Shown in pieces: positions 52,301 to 61,300 of a stretch of 64,000 bases of DNA (position 1 is the first letter of the stretch; each line of letters opens with the position of its first letter). The notes under the pieces are model-generated. The model had not been told where the DNA came from. It made no database searches and saw nothing but the letters and a program-made list of their open reading frames with translations. The DNA comes from an uncultured Clostridia bacterium (GTDB lineage: Bacteria > Bacillota > Clostridia > Christensenellales > UBA1242): NCBI GenBank assembly GCA_947593585.1, contig CANQDP010000001.1, forward strand, positions 53,381 to 117,380. Direction: 5' to 3'. Position numbers and translations under genes: made by a program.

Positions 52301-55300
52301 CAATATCCAAACTCAAATAATAATGACTATAAGTCGTATAGATTGGGATATAGAATTTATGCGGTTACTATTGATGGCGAAACGGTGAACGAAGAGTTGG
52401 TGGACACAATCAGTGGGGTTGAAATCAACATTCAAGATAGCGAAGTGTCAATATCTGCCTATAAACCTGCCAGCACCGGTGGCGGAAGATATAAGGTGTA
52501 TATTTATGCGCTAGACAATCCTGACGCAAGCAATTCGGTAAATCTGATTATCAGCGATGGCTCTAGAAATAATCCTTACATCCTTTCATCTCCAGAAGAT
52601 TTTAGAAAAATTCAAAAGAATCTTAACGCACATTATGTGTTGGGAGCAGACATTTCGCAAGATAACCTGACTATTACGGGCGAGTTTAATGGCACACTTT
52701 CAGGCTTGATGCAGCAATTGGATAAAAACAATCAAACCTACTTCCTCACACATTCAATCACCACACGCTTAACTCAGTCAAGCGATAATGACAATCGTTA
52801 TCTAAGCATATTCCAGCGCCTTGGCGAGGATGCGGAAATTAGCGATTTAATCGTTAATGTTGGCATTGATTCAATCACAAATAATTCACAAGCCAATTTA
52901 TATGCGGGCGCACTTGCCGGCATAAACAACGGCAGAATTATTAATGTTGAAGTGGGCATAAACGAAATTGCCGAAGTTCAATTAGACATTGGCATTGGCA
53001 GCATATATTTCGGTGGCATCGTTGGGCAAAACAACGGCGAAATAAATATGGGCAATAGTTCGGTGAACATCTATTCACTAAAACTAGATTTAAAAGCCAG
53101 CTCGGGCAACAGAATTCTTGTTGGTGCACTCAGTGGCGAAAACGTTGGTGAAATAATTGGCAATTATCAGGGCAAATCAAGCCTAGATGACATTATCTAC
53201 ACAGTTGTGGCAAACCTCACAGTTAAAGCAAGTGGCGTTGAATTAAATGTGGGCGGAGTTGCCGGTAGCAACAACAGAAACATTAGAAACATGATTGTTG
53301 GTGGCAAAATCCAAGTGAACGCTTCAAATTCTTATTTGGGTGGCATTGCAGGTGAAGGGCAACCTGCTTCCACAATCTCCACCTCGGCAGTTTTGGCACT
53401 TGATTTGGAAAACACTCTCGGCGCAGCAGCCGGCATTGTTGGCAAAACAAATCAGGCAGTTATAAATGATGTGCGAGTGCTTTTGGCAGACGCAAATTTC
53501 TTTGAAGTGGGCGTTAAATCTCAAGGAAGAATTTTTGGCAAAACTCAATCTGCGGGCATTGTGGCTCAGTCCACTGGCTCAACAATTACTTTTGCATCAG
53601 TTGAAGATTTCATTGGCAACGAAAACGGCGAAGATTTCTTTGCAATTCAAGGTGAAGACACGGTTGCCGGCTTGGTTCATGGCTCGAACACTGAAATCAA
53701 GAGCTCGTTTGTGAATGCTAATTTGGGTGCAGCCACAAGTGTTTGCCTCACATCTAATGCGTTGAACGAATCGGGCACTTACTTCATCGGCAAAGTGCAA
53801 AACTTCACATTCGCAAATCAAAGCAATCTAACGCTAAATGCAAACACAACTTATGCGATATTATACACAGATGAAAATCTTTATTATAAAGCATATAATT
53901 CAACCAATTTAGTTGAAAAAACCATGTCTTTAACTTCGGGAATGGACATTGTTCAAACCAGCTCGGACGAAGCTCATAAGAAATATGAAATATATGGCGC
54001 GGAGTTCCGTCCAGAAGAAGGCGGCACATATGAGTTGAAATATGATTTGGCTCAAGTTTATAGGCTTGAGGGCGATAGATATGTGCCACTGAAAGAAACG
54101 GACATAATACACAGCTCCGACCAATTTGTTGTGCTCACAGATTGGGAAACCTTTGTGAAGGACACCCTTCTTGCCTCGGCCGGCAGTTGGGAGGGCAACA
54201 CGCTCGTGTTGAGCGGTGGCACAACCTTTAAATTGGATAGTGAAATCAATAGCATCGCATTCAAAGGCTTGTCTTTGTTCTTCCCATTTGTTTGCAGTGT
54301 GGATGGCGATAAGGTTGAACCTTTCATGGTGATTAGCCCACAATCAATTCAAACGAACTTCAATGAAGGCTATGTGCTTTTCATCAAATCAAATTTGTTG
54401 GAAGGCGAAATCGACATCGGCTCACTCATTGATGCCGGCGAAATAAAAATTAGCGAAATTTTGCTTGTGAACTATTTTGAATTTTCAAATGGTGCATCAA
54501 GCTCAGCTTATAACACACATTATCTAATTAACAAAACAAGAATGGTCAATGGCAGCGAACAAACACTCGGCCTGCTAGACCGCACCATTGAGCCGGAATC
54601 TGCTCAGGGTGGTGTGAAGTTTGAAATTGTGTATGGCACAAATTTTGCTTCACTTTCTGCCGATGGTGAGCAAATCACATTCAATGGAGTTAGCGGCACA
54701 AGTCCAATCTTGTTAAGGTGTTATTCAATCTTCAATCCAAGCAAACAATCGTTCGTCATTTTCTTCACTCAAAGTGGAATTAGCAATCTTAAAGTGAACT
54801 CCACATCTGTGGAAATTTTGGAGGACACAGGAAATGACCCTGAAGAGGATGTCGATTATCAATTCACCACGCATTCAAGTGTGGGAAGAATTAATTTAAC
54901 GCTTGAAGCAGAAAACTTGTTTGAGGGGCAACGCTTTAAAACAATTTTTGATAGCGTAAATCAATTTAGTCTTTATAAGCTTGAAACGGAGATGGTTGGC
55001 GGAGATGTGGATTATCTAACAGCCGTTCCAACATCCTCTCCAAAATCACTAGTTTTAGATATTAACGATAATTTTGAAGGCTCTTATGCTGAAAAAGTGA
55101 TAAAAATCAACCTATATCTAAATATGACGCAATATTTTGCAGGCACAGGTTTCTTCGCTGGGGAAGAAGATGTCTATCATCTGCTCGCAACGGTGAGCGT
55201 GCGTGTGGCAATATTTAAGTCCTCAGAGAGCATCACTCCTTCAAAAGAAGCCTTTGCAGATATCCCAACCAGCGACGCAATCAGTTTTGAAGTTAATTTG

Positions 55301-58300
55301 CAGACTGGTTATACGGGCGGAGCAACTCAGGGGGACCTTTCTGCCCACATCACAGAAAGTGGCGATGTGGAATTCAACGAAGTGGATAAAGATAGCATTT
55401 TCCTATCATTTAGCAAGGGAGAGGATAGCACAGAGTTGGAAAATTTGATGAGCCGCGCAAGCGTTTCAAACATTGCCGAACTCTTCAATTTCTCCGTTAG
55501 ATTTGAATATTATAACGAATCTGGCGCTAGGGGATATAACTACACAATTTCATTCTCCTTAAAAGATGAATATGATTATAGGTTTATCACCGGTCCGGTC
55601 AATCTGGTGTTGATAGTGGCTTCCACAACCAACCCGGCCATTGCAACTCAGCCTATTGAAATTTCGTTTGTTCCAACCAATTTCCATTCGGCAAGAATTT
55701 ATAACTATGCGGCAACAGAGTCGCAAGCATCGGGCACGGCTATTCTATCAAGCAGTTTGACCGACACATCATATATTTCGCCAAAAGGCTATGGCTCGAT
55801 TATGGTCATTCACCTTGACCCAATTTATTCTAATTATGAAACTATAAGTTTGGCAAGTGGTGCCGATCAAAATGTGCCAACGGCAGATGGCCCAGTTTAT
55901 ATGATGTTAACGCAGCTCGAAAGAGTTGGCGGAAACACCTTCCAAGTTGTGCCAAATGTCAATGGCGACACGAGCGGAAGAAACATCAACTTAAATCCTG
56001 AATATTTCACAAACGGCATAGCGTATGTTCATGCAATGGTTTCGGAAACATTTGGTGGTTTCGTTGTTCCTCTCGAAGCAACTCTTAGTGTTAAAGTGGC
56101 AGGAGTGGAAGCCCCAATCGAAATCACGAAATATTTAACCACAGAATTTTTGCCAGCGGTTGAGCTTGAATATGACAAAAACGCAATGCTGAAAAACGAT
56201 AAAGCGTATTTCATTCAAGAGGACACTTATCAAAATAGAGCGTCAATCACTCTTTATGGCTATGAATTTGGCAGCTCTTCTCCAAACATTAGTTTTGTTT
56301 GGAATATCGATGAAAACTCAAAGTTTAGTTATAAAAACAACAGCCTAGATGTGATTGTTGACGCTAGTGGCAGAGAATATAACATTGGCGACTATGTTGG
56401 CACAAGTAGTTTGACAGATGTAAGCATTAGGGCGAATAGCGATGGCTCATATTCATTCGATTTCTACATTCACGCATATTCAAACATTCCTGCAAGTTTC
56501 AAATTGGTGGCAAATTTATCGTTTATAGACGACACGGAAAATAACACCCGCGAACTGATTTTCCATCCGGTGAAACATTTGCTTACGGGTGCTTACTTAA
56601 AGGAGTCGGGCAACAATTTCTATGTGAATATGAACACAACTCGCAGGCTCGATTTGTCCTTCACCACAAACAATCCAAATTATGATTTATCAAATGAAAT
56701 CTATAATTTAATCATCAACGATTTGGGAGGAGAGAGCGGTGCTCAAGCGTTGCTAAGGCATTTCTACTTCGTTGGCAACAACATTGGCAGTGGCTATTTC
56801 AGTGATGAAAATCTAAAGGCGTTTGAAATTGAAATTTCTCAAAATAAGATTTACCTAACAGGCAATATCGAAAGCGAATCGGTTGTGAGATTTAATCTGT
56901 CTTACGACTATGTGCTAGACGAAGCAACCGGGCTCTATGGCTTGCACTTTGGTGCGGGCGATAGAGAGATTGCGTTCTCATTCTCACTCATCATTTATGC
57001 GGAAACCACTGAGGACGCTCCAACAGCAATTTACAACACCGAGCAATTTATTCAAATGACTAAGTCTGGCAGTGGCGACTATATCCTTATGAACGACGAA
57101 TCTAAGGGTGAATATATCGTGCTGGAAGACTATGAGCCGGGCGTGGCAGACATTGCCAGCCTAGACGGCAACAACAGAAAAATTATCATAAATTCATTTA
57201 AAATCACGCCGGGCAGGACGCACTATGGCTTATTTGAAACAATAGGCACATATCAAAATGTGCTTGGCGAAACTAAAAACACAATATTAAAAAATGTCAT
57301 CGTTGATTATAGTGGTTTAACAGATATCTATTTCACCAACAACAACATGTCGCAACTAGTGTTCGGCGGTTTGGTGGCGGAAGTGGAGTCTGGCGGCTTA
57401 ATCTATAACTGTGATGTCATGAATCTTTCCACGAGCGCTAAGACTGTGAACATTGTGGTTGACGAATTCTCGGGTGTGGACATCACCTTCGGCGGATTGG
57501 TTGGCATAAACAATGGCATAATCACAAATTCAAGAGTGGGCAGAGATAGATACACCAAGATAAGAATGGATTCTCGCACCTCGCCAGTTATCACCACCGA
57601 ATATGCTAGTTCATTAACCTTTGTGGTGGGCAATAGCATGTCTAGTTTGCCAACCGATCAAGCAAACGCCTTCAGGGGCACGGTTGGTGGATTTGTTGGG
57701 CAAAACACTTCATCTGGCGTGATTGCAAGTTCGTTTGTGGCAAACACAAGCATCAAAAACTATTCTTCAAGGTCGGATCAAACAAACATCACGGCTGGCT
57801 TTGTGGCAAGCAATGCCGGCAGGGTGGCATATAGCTATGTGAAAGGTGCAAGCGACAATAGTTCAAACACCGCTCGTGCATTGGGCTCAGAAGTGTCCTC
57901 TCCAACAAACGGCAATGTGGCAGGCTTTGTTTACACCAACACAGGCAACATTGAAAATTGCTTTGCAAACATCAAGGTGGTTACAAACTCTGCGTTGTCT
58001 GCCGGATTTGTTTATCAAAATATGTCGGGCGCAACAATCACCACAAGTTATTCAGCAAGCGACATGGATTTGGATAAGGACGATCCAGCAAATAATGCTG
58101 CAAAGCAACCATTTGTGGGCGTTGATGCAGCCGATAACTTGCTCTCTAGCGGCACAATCACAAACTGCTATTATCTAGACGAAACGGGCAACACCTATGA
58201 TGTGATTAGGCAAGATGGTCAAGGTCAGGCTGTGGCATATAATCTTGATAACTTTGCAAACGCAAATTCACTCTCAGGCTTTGTGTTCATTCAAAGCAAC

Positions 58301-61300
58301 CGCAGTGAAGAAAGAAATCAGGGCGTTTGGAGTTATTATTCAGTGGCAACGAATGCAAAACTCGTTTTGCCAGAGCTAACCACGGCAAATCAAATTTCTC
58401 ATTCTTATAGATATTTAGTAAGTTCGGACAACAACACGAATGTTTACGCAAATGCGCCAGACTTTATGCTTGGCAGCGTGAACAATCCAAATATCATTAG
58501 AGATGCAGAAGAATTTAATAGGGTTTTGACAGGTGTTACGGGCAAAGATGACGACATTGAAGCAAAACTTAAAAATATGAACGGCTATTTCAGGCTTATC
58601 AACAACATTGATTTCAGCACAGCCTCTATCTTAACGAGAACGGACTTCGTGCTTGGCGACAAATCTAATAATGTTGTAACCAGCATTGAAGGAAACGGCA
58701 TGAGCATATCTAACATTTCGTTAAATGTGCTGGATAAGCAAGGTGGTCAAAGTGCCACATCAATAGATAAGGTTGGTCTATTTGCAGAAATTGATTATGC
58801 GTTCATCAAAAATATCGATTTCAACTTTGGTGCTCTAAACATTTCGGATAACGATTTAAGCACAATTGAAATCACCTATTCAGGCGGTTTGGCAGGCACA
58901 ATCGACAACACTGCCTTAATCAATCTATCATTTAATGGCACAAACACATCCATTCCGGGCATGAACTTGGTAGGTGGTGTGGCAGGCTTAATCACGGGCA
59001 AGAGTTTGCTATATGGCATTGATTCAAATCTTGGAGCGATTAGCGGACACATTTCCGGCAATGCTATGTACTATAACGAATCCGAGTTCGCTGATATGCG
59101 TGGCACAATAGGTTTCTACGGCAATTATGAAGACTATGTGAAGACTATGTCATTTGCCGGCGGAATTGCTGGCGTGCTAGACCTTGAAAGGCTTTCAAAT
59201 GTTGTAAACAATGTTTCGTATATCACAGTTTATGGCAATCAAATGTCTGCTCGTCAGGGAGGAAACATTAAGGGCATATATTCTGGTGGTGTGGCAGGAT
59301 ACGCAAACATAAACACCAGAGCGTTCAAACTCAAATTCTTTGTGGGGGACAACACAAATCTGCTAGGCATAAAGGCGGTTGGTGGCATCTATGGTGTTGG
59401 TTTGGGCACAATTATTGCATCACAAGTTACCGCACCAGAATTTGAAAAACAATTTGACTATGATAAGAATTTTGCAGCCTACATTTTGGCATTGGAAGAA
59501 AATGACGGCGCAAGCCTTAATAGTGATGTAAACAACATTGGAAATTCAACCCTGCTATCTAGTGAAGGTTATGCCGGCGGTTTGATTGGCATAGGCATTT
59601 CACAAACGGTGGAAAGTTGCTATAGCAAATCAAGTGTTGATGTGGCTTCCACATTTGGCGGACTGATGGGGCTAAGCATTGGCAGCACAATCGTGCATTC
59701 TTATGCTGTGCCATATGTAAATTTGGATAATTCAATCATCACTAAGGTGGGCGGATTAATCGGCAAAGCATATAGCATTGCAGACGGTTTGAATGAATTT
59801 AGCGAATATCGCACATACGCAATAGATGTGCTTCGCTTAAATGCTCCAACAAACACAAATGTTGAGCACACTTTCTCCACAATATTGACGGACAACAACA
59901 CTTTAAAAGAGATTATTGCAGGCAATGTGCGCGATTACACAGATGACGGCACTCTTGGCAAATTAGTGTCAATCGAAGATAAACAAATAGACTATCTTTG
60001 CGCCGATTATCAAGACGGGAGCAATGTGCACATCCGCAGCAATCACGGCAAAATCACCTCAGATAACCTTGCAGTGTTTGTTGGCATAGTGAATAATTAT
60101 GCTAAAAATGATGTTGAAGATGTGATCAAATTCAGCGCAGGAACGGGTAAGGAGATTAAAAAATTATACAATTTGGATGATATTAACCAATCTGAATTGT
60201 TCTATAGTATGTTTGAAGAGTGGCCAGCTGAGTATTGGACACTTGATAACACAAAATATTATCCACACCTCATCAAAGAGGATGCAGAAAACTTCATTAG
60301 AATTGATGAGGCTTCGGATTTCGATTATTTAGTTGAGCACCCAGACCTCAATTATAAGATTGTGAAGGATATAGACATGGCAGGCTGGGAATCACAGCAC
60401 AACTGGGTGTTTAATGTCAACTTCACAGGCACGCTGGAAGGTGATATTGGCTTGGATGACGAAGGTAATTTGGAAAATCCTGCACTTCCACGCGTTTATA
60501 ACCTCCATGTTTCAAATGCAGATTATGCAAATCAAACGGCAGGCTTATTCAAGCAAACGCAAGGTGCAAGAATTAGAAATATCGATTTCGTGTGGAAGCC
60601 AACGCAATCTAGCAATGCAGAATCTGCCATCAACCTAACTCAAAACAGCTATATGCAAATAGGTGGCGTTTCTTGCGATGATTCACCAAGCGAAAATAGA
60701 ATTTCTTTATTCAGCAACTTAAATGTTTATGTTGGCGATTATGTTGAAGGCAGCGAATTTGTAACCTGCAACGATGCTTACTTCCTTGTGAAGAGCGATA
60801 AAAATGTTACAGGTTTTGGCGGCATTGTTGGTAAAGGCGAGAGCAGTTCAATAGAAAAATGCACATTCAACGGAAATGTGGATTTGGCGTTAGGCACGGA
60901 TAATGACGGTGCTATCTATTTCGGCGGTCTGGCAGGGCAGATAGAGAAAACTAGCACAAGCATAGCCGAGCAAAATAGGTTGACGGTTAGAAATTCTAGC
61001 GTGGGCAACCTAGAAAACTTCAAAACAAAATTCACCCTCAGTTTGCAAGGGTATGGCAGCGCATATGTCGGCGGTGCAATAGGCTACGCAAAAGATGGCT
61101 CAATCACAAATGTGTTTGTTGGCAATGTTGAAAAGAATGAGCAATTTAGAGAGGTTGAGTTGACAGTTTCCGCTATGGAAGATGCCACATATTTGGGCGG
61201 CTTTGCCGGTTATATAGATAACTGCACAATCTCTAGCGACAACGCAACCACAAAGCTATCAATCAGCGGCGGTTCAAGTGCGAATAGTTCCGATTTCTTG